Positions 55,352 through 64,000 of a stretch of DNA of 64,000 bases are shown here, in pieces. Origin of the DNA: Alphaproteobacteria bacterium (GTDB taxonomy: Bacteria > Pseudomonadota > Alphaproteobacteria > JASGCL01); contig JBPCVJ010000039.1 in assembly GCA_051010635.1 (NCBI GenBank), forward strand, positions 2,489 to 66,488, written 5' to 3'. The position numbers were made by a program, and so were the translations under genes. Every line of letters begins with the position of its first letter. The first letter of the stretch is position 1. A model generated the notes under the pieces. That model was not told the origin of the DNA. It did not search any database and saw only the letters and a list, made by a program, of their open reading frames with translations.

Positions 55352-56137
55352 TTATCGTATCAATTTGATACCATAACCTTTTTGATGACCATTCGTATCC
55401 TTTAGAATTTTATTATTGATAGTTTCCAAAACTTTTAGACCAAAATTATTACTTAATTTATCAATTATTCCATATTGATAAAGCACATAAAATTTAAGAA
55501 TAGTTGTTATCATATCACATATTTCTAATCCACAGATTCTATGTTTTTTATTCCTTTCTTTTATTTTATTTGTTGTGATTACTTTTTGAATTTCGTTACT
55601 ATCGCTATAATCGGTGCCCTTATTATAAAAATTTTCAAATGTTTTTCTTAATTGTTGGTTTTCATGTTTTCCCCTCTGTTCTATCATAACATCACCTTGT
55701 TTATTATTTTCTATTAAAAAACGAACATATCTTTCTAATAAAACATTTAAAGTATAGTGGTAAGGATGGTAAGGGTGGAGATAACGATTTTTATGATTTG
55801 TTTTATCTAATACGACAGATATGATATTCATATTATTTTTAGATAAAAAGTCCAAATATATTTTATCAAATTTATTTTTTAGATTAATATCATTTTTTAA
55901 TTTAGAAAAAATGCCTTTTCCATTAATCACATCAATAAGATGAAAATTAGGTAAATGACCATTTGTATCAATAAATAAATTTCTTATTTCTTCCCATTCA
56001 GTGCTAATTTTTTCATAGATATCATTATGAATAATAACGCCTGATAGGCAAAGATAGCGAAATGGTATATCATCTAATGTTGAGTAACGATGATCCCCGC
56101 TTTCATCAATATATATTCGATATTTATCTTTCATCAT
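55352..56137 (-). CDS. DUF3800-like protein in a singleton AT-rich island
   Basis: 261 aa. It begins MMKDKYRIYIDESGDH, and from memory the N-terminal YIDESG motif is the hallmark of the Pfam DUF3800 family. It is visibly more AT-rich than its neighbours. It has its own terminator. Confidence 0.55.
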   Translation of the reverse strand: MMKDKYRIYIDESGDHRYSTLDDIPFRYLCLSGVIIHNDIYEKISTEWEEIRNLFIDTNGHLPNFHLIDVINGKGIFSKLKNDINLKNKFDKIYLDFLSKNNMNIISVVLDKTNHKNRYLHPYHPYHYTLNVLLERYVRFLIENNKQGDVMIEQRGKHENQQLRKTFENFYNKGTDYSDSNEIQKVITTNKIKERNKKHRICGLEICDMITTILKFYVLYQYGIIDKLSNNFGLKVLETINNKILKDTNGHQKGYGIKLIR

Positions 56138-56277
56138 GTCAAATAGGAAAACCTATGTTTAATTTTATTAAATATAGGTTTGGTAGTTATAACAATTTTT
56201 AACGAATGGTAAATAATTTTTTATAGTTTGTAAAGTGTTTATTATTTAATCAAATTTATAATTTCAAAAATAACACC

Positions 56278-57348
56278 TCACCATTGCCGTGATAGGGATG
56301 CGATGGTAAATTCCTCTAGCAGTTGTTTGGCGGGGCTATCGGCAAAATAGGTCAGCGATGTTAGGGCGTGGGATACAAATTTTTCTATATGGGCGTGGCT
56401 GGCAGCGGCAATGTTATAATTGGTTAATTGTGCCTTTAGCCAAGCAAAATCATCGCTGGTTTTTTTAACCGCTGGTTGTGTGGTGTGATAAAATAATTCA
56501 TCTAATTTTTTTATGATGGCTTTATCATGCTTGGCATGGGTTTTTAGCAACAATATCGGCAGGGTCATTTTGCCCTCATAAAAATCACCACCGATGGGTT
56601 TTTGGGTTTTGGTTTCATCGCCAAAATAATCCAGCCCATCATCCACCAGTTGAAATACCATACCCAAATCGCCACCCAATTTATCAAGCGCACGGGTGGT
56701 TTTGTGGGCTGTATCATATTGTTGTAATAAACCTGCCACCGCAAAACTGGCAGAAAATAAAGCACCGGTTTTGGCAAAAATAATTTTTTCATAATTGGGC
56801 ATGGTCAATGGTTGGGGTTGATGATGTTGTTGATAGCTTAATTGCCATATTTCCCCGATGGATAGGGTGGCGGCGGTGGTTGCCAATTTGCTTAAAACCG
56901 CTTGGTTATTTGTTTTGACCATCAATTGAAAGGCACGGGCGAATAAAAAATCCCCCACCAATACCGATAGATGGTTGCCCCAAATATGATTGGCAGTATT
57001 TTTCCCCCGCCGATGGGTGGCATGGTCTATCACATCATCATGAAATAAGGTTGCGGTGTGAATAAATTCCACCGCCGCCGCCAAATAAACGATCGGTTTG
57101 GTTGTATCGCCCTTTAAGGGTGGGGTGGAGGTTGGCAATAATTGTTCGCTTAATAAACATAATAGGGGGCGAATATGTTTTCCCCCCGCTGATAAAAGAT
57201 GGTTGGCAATTTCGGGCAACAGGGGTAGATGCGAAATATCAGCCATCTGTAATTCGCTTTTGATGATATTTTGCACCGCCAAAAAATCATCCGCCACCGC
57301 CGCCGCCATCGCCTTCATAACATTGTTTAAATTTTTTTGTGTGCGCAT
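56278..57348 (-). CDS. ispB: Polyprenyl (octaprenyl) diphosphate synthase
   Basis: First Asp-rich motif LFHDDVIDHATHRRG and second motif FQLVDDGLDY, the trans-IPPS FARM and SARM. 356 aa. Confidence 0.85.
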   Translation of the reverse strand: MRTQKNLNNVMKAMAAAVADDFLAVQNIIKSELQMADISHLPLLPEIANHLLSAGGKHIRPLLCLLSEQLLPTSTPPLKGDTTKPIVYLAAAVEFIHTATLFHDDVIDHATHRRGKNTANHIWGNHLSVLVGDFLFARAFQLMVKTNNQAVLSKLATTAATLSIGEIWQLSYQQHHQPQPLTMPNYEKIIFAKTGALFSASFAVAGLLQQYDTAHKTTRALDKLGGDLGMVFQLVDDGLDYFGDETKTQKPIGGDFYEGKMTLPILLLKTHAKHDKAIIKKLDELFYHTTQPAVKKTSDDFAWLKAQLTNYNIAAASHAHIEKFVSHALTSLTYFADSPAKQLLEEFTIASLSRQW

Positions 57349-57447
57349 AGATATAGTTTTTTTTGATGCAAAAAAAACTTTATCATATTATAGTGTGAAA
57401 AACAATTTTATGACAAAGATGGATGATAGGGGTTTGATGATATAGCA

Positions 57448-58218
57448 ATGACTGGTGATATAACTTGCGATGGTATTTTGAATCAAAAATTGGTTTTGTA
57501 TCAATATAAAATGGGTTATCGGGTGGCGGTTGATTCGATTCTGGTGGGGGCGATGGTGGATCTATCGGCAAAAAATATTCTTGACCTTGGGGCAGGGGTG
57601 GGGGCGGTTTCATTGGTGGCACAATATTGGAACAGGTTGGCACAATACCATGCTGTGGAAAATAATATTGATTATTTTCACTTGCTTAAAAAAAATTTAT
57701 TAAAGGCAAACCTATCTTTACGGCGCGGCAAAAAAATGACCACCCATCATTGTGATATAAAAACCTTTGCCGATAATCCCCACCACAGGGAAAAATTTTG
57801 TCAGGTATTGTGTAATCCGCCCTTTGATAATATTGATGATACAACACCCCCGCCCGATGGGTTAAAACGATCGGCATTTGTTTTTCAATCGGGCGATAAT
57901 ATGCTTGATTGGTGGCAGGCGGGTTTGGCGGTATTGCGATTGGGCGGGCGGCTGAGTTTTATCACCCGTTTTGATATGAAAAAAACCATCATTGATTTTT
58001 TTTCACAATATAAAGGTTTATTAACCATGCAATCGGTGGTGGCGAATGATCGCACGATAAGATGGCTGGTGGATTTTAAAAAACTACCGAATAACATGGG
58101 CGATGTGATAACCCCCCCCGATTTTATTTTACAAACCACAAAAAAAAATGGCACCCATTATACCCCAAAAGCCGATGCTATTTTGGCGGGGGAAGCCTAT
58201 CATCATTTTCCTTTTTGA
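57448..58218 (+). CDS. N6-adenine SAM-dependent methyltransferase, tRNA (m6A37) TrmN6/YfiC-like
   Basis: NPPF catalytic motif (VLCNPPFDNI), the SAM motif ILDLGAGVGAVSL, and an N-terminal GYRVAVDSILVGA resembling YfiC GxxxxxDxxLL. A C8 homopolymer lies at 58112-58119. Confidence 0.6.
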   Translation: MTGDITCDGILNQKLVLYQYKMGYRVAVDSILVGAMVDLSAKNILDLGAGVGAVSLVAQYWNRLAQYHAVENNIDYFHLLKKNLLKANLSLRRGKKMTTHHCDIKTFADNPHHREKFCQVLCNPPFDNIDDTTPPPDGLKRSAFVFQSGDNMLDWWQAGLAVLRLGGRLSFITRFDMKKTIIDFFSQYKGLLTMQSVVANDRTIRWLVDFKKLPNNMGDVITPPDFILQTTKKNGTHYTPKADAILAGEAYHHFPF

Positions 58219-58232
58219 TGGGGGGCAACATC

Positions 58233-58445
58233 ATGAAAATAATATTATTTTTTATTATTTTAACACCATTGATGGCTGGTTGCCATATCAAGCAAAAACC
58301 GCTGGATGAATGTATCAAACAGGGCGGCACAAGGGTGATCCTTTCTACTGGTAGCGGTTTTGCTGTGGGGGGTGTTTCGCTTGGCGTGACCAGCAATATA
58401 GTTGATTGCAAAAAACCATCTGCAAAGAAATATAAAGAACAATGA
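58233..58445 (+). CDS. Small putative lipoprotein
   Basis: MKIILFFIILTPLMAGC is a lipobox with Cys, followed by a roughly 50-aa mature peptide. I chose the Met at 58233 rather than the tracked 58215. Confidence 0.35.
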   Translation: MKIILFFIILTPLMAGCHIKQKPLDECIKQGGTRVILSTGSGFAVGGVSLGVTSNIVDCKKPSAKKYKEQ

Positions 58446-58494
58446 TTCCATTTTGACAAATTTTTTGATATGATATAGTAAGAATAAAAACAAA

Positions 58495-58773
58495 ATGAAA
58501 AATAAAATGGCAAATGATAAACCGCCGCAAACTGGTTTGGTAACTGGCGTGACTCTAGTTGTGTTTGGCAGGGTTATAAAATGGTCTGGTATTTTGTTCC
58601 TTGTTTTATTGTTGGGGATTTTATGGGCTATAATGATAGGTAATAATGAGGCAATTTATGGAGATTTGAATATGATGCGTATGTTGATTTTTATAATGAT
58701 TTCCTTGTTTATGATTATCATAGGTCAGGTGATGATAATGCGGGGAAAGGGCGATAAAAGAAAATTATGGTAA
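58495..58773 (+). CDS. Small hypothetical membrane protein
   Basis: 92 aa with two hydrophobic helices. No motif recognised. Confidence 0.3.
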   Translation: MKNKMANDKPPQTGLVTGVTLVVFGRVIKWSGILFLVLLLGILWAIMIGNNEAIYGDLNMMRMLIFIMISLFMIIIGQVMIMRGKGDKRKLW

Positions 58774-58883
58774 GGGCTTGACAAGCCTATCGATAGGTTT
58801 TATATTGATGGCTGATAGGAAAGATGGTATAACCATTTACACCTATTTTTAAATCGTTAACCATTTTTTTTAAGGAGAAAAAT

Positions 58884-59624
58884 ATGAACGATAATTTTTC
58901 ATTCTCATCGGTTGCTAGTAAGGCACAAGTTACCTATGACGCGGGTTTGCGCCGTTTTATGCTATCAACCTATAATTATATGGCACTGGGTATAGCCTTT
59001 ACTGGGCTGGTAACCTTGTGGCTTGCGGTCAATACCGAAATTATGCGTAGCATCGCCTCGGGCATTATGCTGTGGGTGGTGTTTGGTGCAACCTTGTTGG
59101 TGGGTGTCATGGCACCCAATATCATTTTGCGTAGCCGTAACATCGCCACCGCCCATCTGGCTTATTGGGGCTATGCGGCATTGGTGTCGGCACTTATATC
59201 CCCCATGATCTATTCTTTTTTAAGTATTGAAAATGGCGTTTATGATTTGGCACGGGCATTTTTTATCACCTCGGGTATGTTTGCGGGGGCAAGCCTTTAT
59301 GGTTATGTTACCCGCCGTAATTTGCAAGGTATGGCTGGCTTTTTGGCAATGGCAGGTATCGGGCTTTTCATTGCCTTGCTGGTGAGTTTCTTCCTCAAAA
59401 GCACATTCTTTAGTCTGGTGGTTTCTTTCGGCATTGTGATATTCTCCGCCGTGGTCACCGCTTTCAAGACGCAATTATTAAAACAACAATATGATAGTTT
59501 CTATCGTGCAGGACCTGCCATGTTATCCCGCTTGGGGATTTTGGGGGCATTGATACTTTATGGTGCTTTTATCAATATGTTTATCAATATATTGCGGATA
59601 ATGATGCTCACACGCAACAATTAA
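58884..59624 (+). CDS. Bax-inhibitor-1 / YccA-family membrane protein
   Basis: Seven TM helices. The N-terminus ...DAGLRRFMLSTYNYMALGIAFTG is typical of the BI-1/YccA family. 246 aa. Confidence 0.75.
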   Translation: MNDNFSFSSVASKAQVTYDAGLRRFMLSTYNYMALGIAFTGLVTLWLAVNTEIMRSIASGIMLWVVFGATLLVGVMAPNIILRSRNIATAHLAYWGYAALVSALISPMIYSFLSIENGVYDLARAFFITSGMFAGASLYGYVTRRNLQGMAGFLAMAGIGLFIALLVSFFLKSTFFSLVVSFGIVIFSAVVTAFKTQLLKQQYDSFYRAGPAMLSRLGILGALILYGAFINMFINILRIMMLTRNN

Positions 59625-59721
59625 TCCAAAAATTTTGGGCGAGTCATTATGAAAATAGTGACTCGCCTATTTTTTTAAGCCGAATTTTTTTTGAAAAAAA
59701 ACCCAAGATCATTTTTACACC

Positions 59722-60747
59722 ATGGTGCTTAATATCTTAAAACGCAGTGGCAAGCCAGCCATACCCGCACCATATGGGTTTCAAGCCTCGTTGCTTGATT
59801 TTGAACAAAAATTAACTGCCGATTTACAAAAAGAATTGCAAGAATTAGAAGAATTACGTAATAAAAAAGGCAAACATACCGATGTATTGGAATCGGATAT
59901 TGCCTTGGTGAAAGAAAAAATTTCACAGAATCTTAAAATACTCTATCAAAATTTGACGCCATGGCAAAAGGTGCAGGTTGCCCGCCATGCCGAAAGACCA
60001 AGATTTTTAGATTTCGCCCATCATATTTTTCAAGATTTTATGCCGCTATCTGGCGATCGCTATTATGGCGAAGATTGTGCCATCGTGGGCGGGCTAGCAT
60101 TTTTTAATCAACGCCCGCTGGTTTTGTTGGGGCAGGAGCGCGGCAAAGATACCCAAAGCCGTATCAAACATAATTTTGGTATGCCAAAACCCGAAGCCTA
60201 TCGTAAAGCCATCAGGCTGATGCATTTGGCAGACCAATATTCTTTGCCAGTGGTATCATTGGTTGATACCCCAGGGGCTTTTCCCGGTAGCGAAGCCGAG
60301 GAACGCGGTCAAGCCGAGGCGATCGCCCACAATATTGATGTTAGTTTGGCGCTTTCCGTGCCATTTGTTTCGGTGATTATTGGCGAAGGCGGGTCGGGTG
60401 GTGCTATGGCAATAGCCGCGGCAAACCATGTTTTGATGTTGGAATATGCGGTTTATTCGGTTATATCCCCCGAAGGTTGTGCCTCGATTTTATGGCGCGA
60501 TGCCAAAAAAGCCGAAATGGCGGCTACCGCACAAAAAATTACCGCCGATGATATGCTGGCATATAAGGTGATAGATAAAATTATCAAAGAACCAGTCGGT
60601 GGGGCACATCGCAACCCCGACCTTACCTTTACCAACACCGCAAAAGCGATAGCAGAATCGCTAGAACTATTGATAAAAATGGATAAAAAACAATTGATAG
60701 AAAAACGCCGTGAAAAATATCTTGCAATCGGGCAATGGGTTGGGTAG
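59722..60747 (+). CDS. accA: Acetyl-CoA carboxylase carboxyltransferase alpha subunit
   Basis: LDFEQKL..L...L near the N-terminus and FGMPKPEAYRKAIRLMHLADQYSLPVVSLVDTPGAFPG (the AccA signature). Confidence 0.9.
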   Translation: MVLNILKRSGKPAIPAPYGFQASLLDFEQKLTADLQKELQELEELRNKKGKHTDVLESDIALVKEKISQNLKILYQNLTPWQKVQVARHAERPRFLDFAHHIFQDFMPLSGDRYYGEDCAIVGGLAFFNQRPLVLLGQERGKDTQSRIKHNFGMPKPEAYRKAIRLMHLADQYSLPVVSLVDTPGAFPGSEAEERGQAEAIAHNIDVSLALSVPFVSVIIGEGGSGGAMAIAAANHVLMLEYAVYSVISPEGCASILWRDAKKAEMAATAQKITADDMLAYKVIDKIIKEPVGGAHRNPDLTFTNTAKAIAESLELLIKMDKKQLIEKRREKYLAIGQWVG

Positions 60748-61784
60748 ATTCGTTAATTGATATGACCTTGCCTAAGATATTTTTTCAGCAAAAGCCCGAA
60801 TGGCAATTACCCGAGAAAGATGCTACTCCTGAGGCCTTGTGGTTGGATTATCAACAAAACCGCAGGAAATTTTTGCGTCTATCGGCAGGTTCGATAGGCG
60901 GGGCATTGGCAAGCGGGGTGTGGGGTATCAATAATCTTGCCCGTGCCGATGCGGCTTTATGGCAACAAAAGGCAAAAATATTTTATCCCAGTAGAAAAAA
61001 CCTTACATATGATAAGGCAAAGCGATTTCCCATCACCAGCGAATTTGATGCGACCCGTTATAATAATTTTTATGAAATTGGTAGCGATAAGGCGGTGTGG
61101 CGGGGTAGCGATTCCTTGCAACCTTATCCTTGGACGGTGCGTATCGATGGTATGGTGGATAACCCCAAAACCTTTGATGTGTTGGATTTGATAAAAAAAA
61201 TGGGCATCGAAACACGGGTTTATCGTTTGCGTTGTGTTGAGGCTTGGAGCATGACCGTGCCTTGGGTGGGGTTTCCTTTAAAAAAAATGTTGCAATCGGT
61301 GGGGGTGAAGTCAGGGGCAAAATATGTGGCTTTTTATACCAAAGCCGATAAAGAAACCATGCCGGGTTTAAGGCAAGTGTGGTATCCCTGGCCCTATAGG
61401 GAGGGGCTCACCATCGCCGAGGCGATGCATGATTTAAGTTTTATGGTGGTGGGTGCTTATGATAAACCATTGCCCAACCAAAATGGTGCCCCCTTAAGGC
61501 TTGCCCTGCCATGGAAATATGGTTTCAAATCTATCAAATCGATCGAACGCATTACCCTAACCAGTAGAAAACCAAAAACCTTTTGGTCGGATATCGCCAG
61601 CAATGAATATGGTTTTTATGCCAATGTTAATCCCAAATATTCGCACCCCCGCTGGTCGCAAGCCACCGAGCGGGTGTTGGGTAAGGGCAAAGAAAGGGTG
61701 CCGACCTTGAAATATAATGGCTATGGGCGGTGGATAGCGGGTATCTATAAAAACCTACCACAAACTAGGGAATTATTTTTTTAA
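60735..61784 (+). CDS. msrP: Protein-methionine-sulfoxide reductase catalytic subunit MsrP (YedY, molybdopterin)
   Basis: Twin-arginine signal (RRKFLRLSAGSIGGALA). Long collinear identity with E. coli MsrP: YNNFYE.G.DK, YR.RCVEAWSM.VPW.GFPL, AKYVAF, NGAP.RL..PWKYGFK.IKSI, EYGFYANVNP and HPRWSQATER. The true start may be the Met at about 60762. Confidence 0.9.
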   Translation: MGWVDSLIDMTLPKIFFQQKPEWQLPEKDATPEALWLDYQQNRRKFLRLSAGSIGGALASGVWGINNLARADAALWQQKAKIFYPSRKNLTYDKAKRFPITSEFDATRYNNFYEIGSDKAVWRGSDSLQPYPWTVRIDGMVDNPKTFDVLDLIKKMGIETRVYRLRCVEAWSMTVPWVGFPLKKMLQSVGVKSGAKYVAFYTKADKETMPGLRQVWYPWPYREGLTIAEAMHDLSFMVVGAYDKPLPNQNGAPLRLALPWKYGFKSIKSIERITLTSRKPKTFWSDIASNEYGFYANVNPKYSHPRWSQATERVLGKGKERVPTLKYNGYGRWIAGIYKNLPQTRELFF

Positions 61785-61796
61785 TAAAAAAAACCA

Positions 61797-63359
61797 TCAG
61801 CCGAATTTTTTTTCAACCCAATCATTCAACAATCGCACCCCATAGCCCGACGCACCCGCTTGATAAACCTCGCCAGCGGTTTTTTGCCACACCATACCAG
61901 CAATATCAATATGCGCCCAATGCGGTTTGTAATCATCTTTTGCCATAATAAAGCGTTGTAAAAATTGTGCGGCGGTTATGGATCCCGCTTGCCCGCCTGT
62001 GCCGATATTTTTCACATCGGCACGATCTTCAAAACAATCTATCAATTTATCATAATAACCACCGATGGGCGATAGTGGCATCTGCCATAATTTTTCATCA
62101 ACCGCTTCGCCCGATGTGCATAATTCTTTTGCCAATCCATCATGGTTGCTAAATACGCCGGCGCGGTCATGCCCCAAAGCTACTACCATCGCCCCAGTTA
62201 AGGTTGCCAAATCAATGATGGTGCTTGGTTGAAAATTTTTTTGTGCATACCATAGGGCATCTGCCAATATCAATCGCCCTTCGGCATCGGTGTTTAAAAT
62301 TTCGATCGTCTGCCCCGACATAGATGTTACAATATCGCCAGGGCGGGTTGCCGCGCCATCGGGCATATTTTCTACGATCGCCAATATACCGATGGCATTG
62401 ATAGGTGCTTGGCGTGATGCCAATAATTTCATCAACCCCGAAACCGCACCAGCCCCGCCCATATCCCAAATCATATCCTCCATACCATTTGATGGTTTCA
62501 GTGAAATACCACCCGTATCAAAACACACCCCCTTGCCGACAAAACAAATTGGTTTTTGATCTTTTTTACCGCCCGACCATTTCATCACCACCAATTGCGA
62601 TTGTTGTGCCGAGCCTTTTCCTACCGCCAACAGGGCGTGCATATTTAATTTTGCCATTTCCTTTTCTTGCAAGATGGTTAATTTCAAACCATTTTTATGT
62701 AGCAAATGGGCGCGGCGTGCAAATTCGGGCGGGGTAAGAATATTGGCGGGTTCAGAAACCAGCGACCTAGTTAAACACACCCCATCATAAATGGCAGTTT
62801 GTTTTTTGCCTAATAATGTGATGGCTGTTTTATCTTTTAATCCCCCTTCATAAATAACATATTCTTTATCAAAATTTTTTTTGGGCGATTTTTTTTCATC
62901 GGTAAGGTAAGGGTGAAATTGCCATTGTTTCAAACGATACCCCAACAACATATCAGCCATATCAACCAAAGGGTGAATTTTTTTATCGATCGCCCAATGT
63001 AGTGCGATGGGGTGTTTTTTTTTGCTATCTTGTATTTTTTTGGCAAGGTTGATGGTGTGGGTAAACATCTGCCCGCCCAATTCGATGGCGAGTTGCGATG
63101 GTGATTTTTTGGTTGGTTGTTCATCGTCATCACCCGTGCCATACAGCAAAATTGCCGACCATTTTGTGCCAGCGGGTGCGATGACCTCCAAAAAATTGCC
63201 CCTTTTATTTTTGAAATTTGCCACCAAGACGGCTCGGCTTAATTGCCCTGATGAAAAACCATCAAGGTTGCTGGTGAGGGCGCCCCCCAAAGGCAATAGC
63301 AAAATGCCAGTTTGATTATCTGGTGATGATAAAATGGGTTTGAGTTGGAAATCAAGCAT
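61797..63359 (-). CDS. pepA: Leucyl aminopeptidase (M17)
   Basis: NTDAEGRLILADAL (the M17 signature NTDAEGRL). 520 aa. Confidence 0.92.
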   Translation of the reverse strand: MLDFQLKPILSSPDNQTGILLLPLGGALTSNLDGFSSGQLSRAVLVANFKNKRGNFLEVIAPAGTKWSAILLYGTGDDDEQPTKKSPSQLAIELGGQMFTHTINLAKKIQDSKKKHPIALHWAIDKKIHPLVDMADMLLGYRLKQWQFHPYLTDEKKSPKKNFDKEYVIYEGGLKDKTAITLLGKKQTAIYDGVCLTRSLVSEPANILTPPEFARRAHLLHKNGLKLTILQEKEMAKLNMHALLAVGKGSAQQSQLVVMKWSGGKKDQKPICFVGKGVCFDTGGISLKPSNGMEDMIWDMGGAGAVSGLMKLLASRQAPINAIGILAIVENMPDGAATRPGDIVTSMSGQTIEILNTDAEGRLILADALWYAQKNFQPSTIIDLATLTGAMVVALGHDRAGVFSNHDGLAKELCTSGEAVDEKLWQMPLSPIGGYYDKLIDCFEDRADVKNIGTGGQAGSITAAQFLQRFIMAKDDYKPHWAHIDIAGMVWQKTAGEVYQAGASGYGVRLLNDWVEKKFG

Positions 63360-63417
63360 GGTATTTTTTTATCATTAAATAGTTTATTTGGCAATCAGGT
63401 TTTTGTTTAAAAATTTT

Positions 63418-64000
63418 TTAATGATGAAAATGACGGCTATGGCAAAAAAATAATTTGATATTTTTTTCTTTACAGTTGGCAATGATGTCATCATCATTGA
63501 TAGACCCACCGGGTTGTATAATTGCCTTGATACCGCCTTTGGCAAAAATAGATATATTATCGCTAAAGGGTAAAAAACCATCTGAGGCTACCACTGGCGA
63601 TAGGTTTTTATCGATCAGATGTTTTTTTTGTAAAAAATCATTGACGGCTTTTTGTGCCGCCATCACCCTGCTGGTGGCACCGCCGCCAAGCCCCAAACTA
63701 CTACCGCCAGCCACAATGGCAATGGCGTTAGAACGCATTTCCTTCACCACCATCATTGCCAATGATAAATCTTGCCATTCCTGCACCGATGGTTCATCGC
63801 CCGCCACCAAATTGCAATCATCACGATTGATAATTTTTTTATCTTGGTCCTGTTGTAATATGCCCCCCATGATGGAGCGGTATTTTTTTTCATCGGGCGT
63901 TTGATAAGAATCCTGATGTAAAAACATATCATCATCATCGGGGTTGAGCGATATAAGGCGTAATTTTTTTCTTACCATCAATAGTTTTTTTGCGATGGGC
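63418..64000 (-). CDS. purH: Bifunctional purine biosynthesis protein PurH, C-terminal part. The gene continues past the window edge.
   Basis: The C-terminus ...GIKAIIQPGGSINDDDIIANCKEKNIKLFFCHSRHFHH matches the PurH end block (IIQPGGSIRD...MVFTGxRHFRH). The reading frame stays open to position 64000. Confidence 0.75.
   Translation of the reverse strand, partial: PIAKKLLMVRKKLRLISLNPDDDDMFLHQDSYQTPDEKKYRSIMGGILQQDQDKKIINRDDCNLVAGDEPSVQEWQDLSLAMMVVKEMRSNAIAIVAGGSSLGLGGGATSRVMAAQKAVNDFLQKKHLIDKNLSPVVASDGFLPFSDNISIFAKGGIKAIIQPGGSINDDDIIANCKEKNIKLFFCHSRHFHH

Noticed and set aside
56150-56182. The inverted repeat AAACCTAT-(16 nt)-ATAGGTTT between ispB and the DUF3800 gene
   Set aside because: It is an AT-rich, short-stem hairpin in an AT-rich intergenic region. 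It could be an operator or a weak terminator, but it is not distinctive enough to call.
58112-58119. A C8 homopolymer in the TrmN6-like methyltransferase gene, and a C7 tract at 15766-15772 in metC
   Set aside because: They are shorter than the G9 tract in the ACP gene and lie in housekeeping genes, where phase variation is unlikely. They are probably just Pro-Pro codons. I note them as slippage-prone, not as switches.
1-64000. I looked for prophage, IS elements, integrons and restriction-modification or toxin-antitoxin modules
   Set aside because: I found no transposase, integrase, recombinase, capsid or terminase motifs, and no Cas-like motifs. The only mobile-looking signatures are the direct repeats reported above.

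Overview
This is a coding-dense, AT-rich chromosomal segment. Its gene content points to an alphaproteobacterium, possibly an intracellular or endosymbiont-like lineage, but I cannot place it more precisely. The evidence is a 5-aminolevulinate synthase (hemA), a split pdhA/pdhB with an N-terminal lipoyl domain on the E1-beta subunit, and many small beta-barrel outer membrane protein genes.

Most of the window is housekeeping. The recognisable genes are glpX, lipA, metC, glmU, glmS, serS, gltX, lpdA, the pdh operon, dnaB, hemA, trpE/pabB, ppiD, clpP, tig, mutS, tadA, a thiolase, ispB, accA, msrP, pepA and a partial purH, plus three tRNA genes (Gly-CCC, Pro-CGG, Leu-TAG). I found no transposase, integrase, CRISPR array or rRNA.

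The accessory or unusual content is:
- at the left edge, a GNAT / adenylate-forming ligase / SDR / ACP / FkbM-methyltransferase module typical of glycan or lipid N-acyl modification loci. A 72-bp direct repeat duplicating the 3' end of glpX brackets the methyltransferase gene, and a G9 tract sits inside the ACP gene;
- a 1443-aa protein of tandem cadherin-like repeats with a type-I-secretion-like C-terminus;
- two tandem sulfatase/LTA-synthase-family paralogs;
- a pdh operon whose E2 gene lacks any lipoyl domain and which is interrupted by a tandem pair of small lysine-tailed membrane-protein genes on the opposite strand;
- a visibly AT-richer two-gene cassette next to tadA bounded by 29-bp direct repeats;
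- a 21-bp minisatellite with a duplicated thiolase 3' end;
- an isolated AT-rich DUF3800-like gene.
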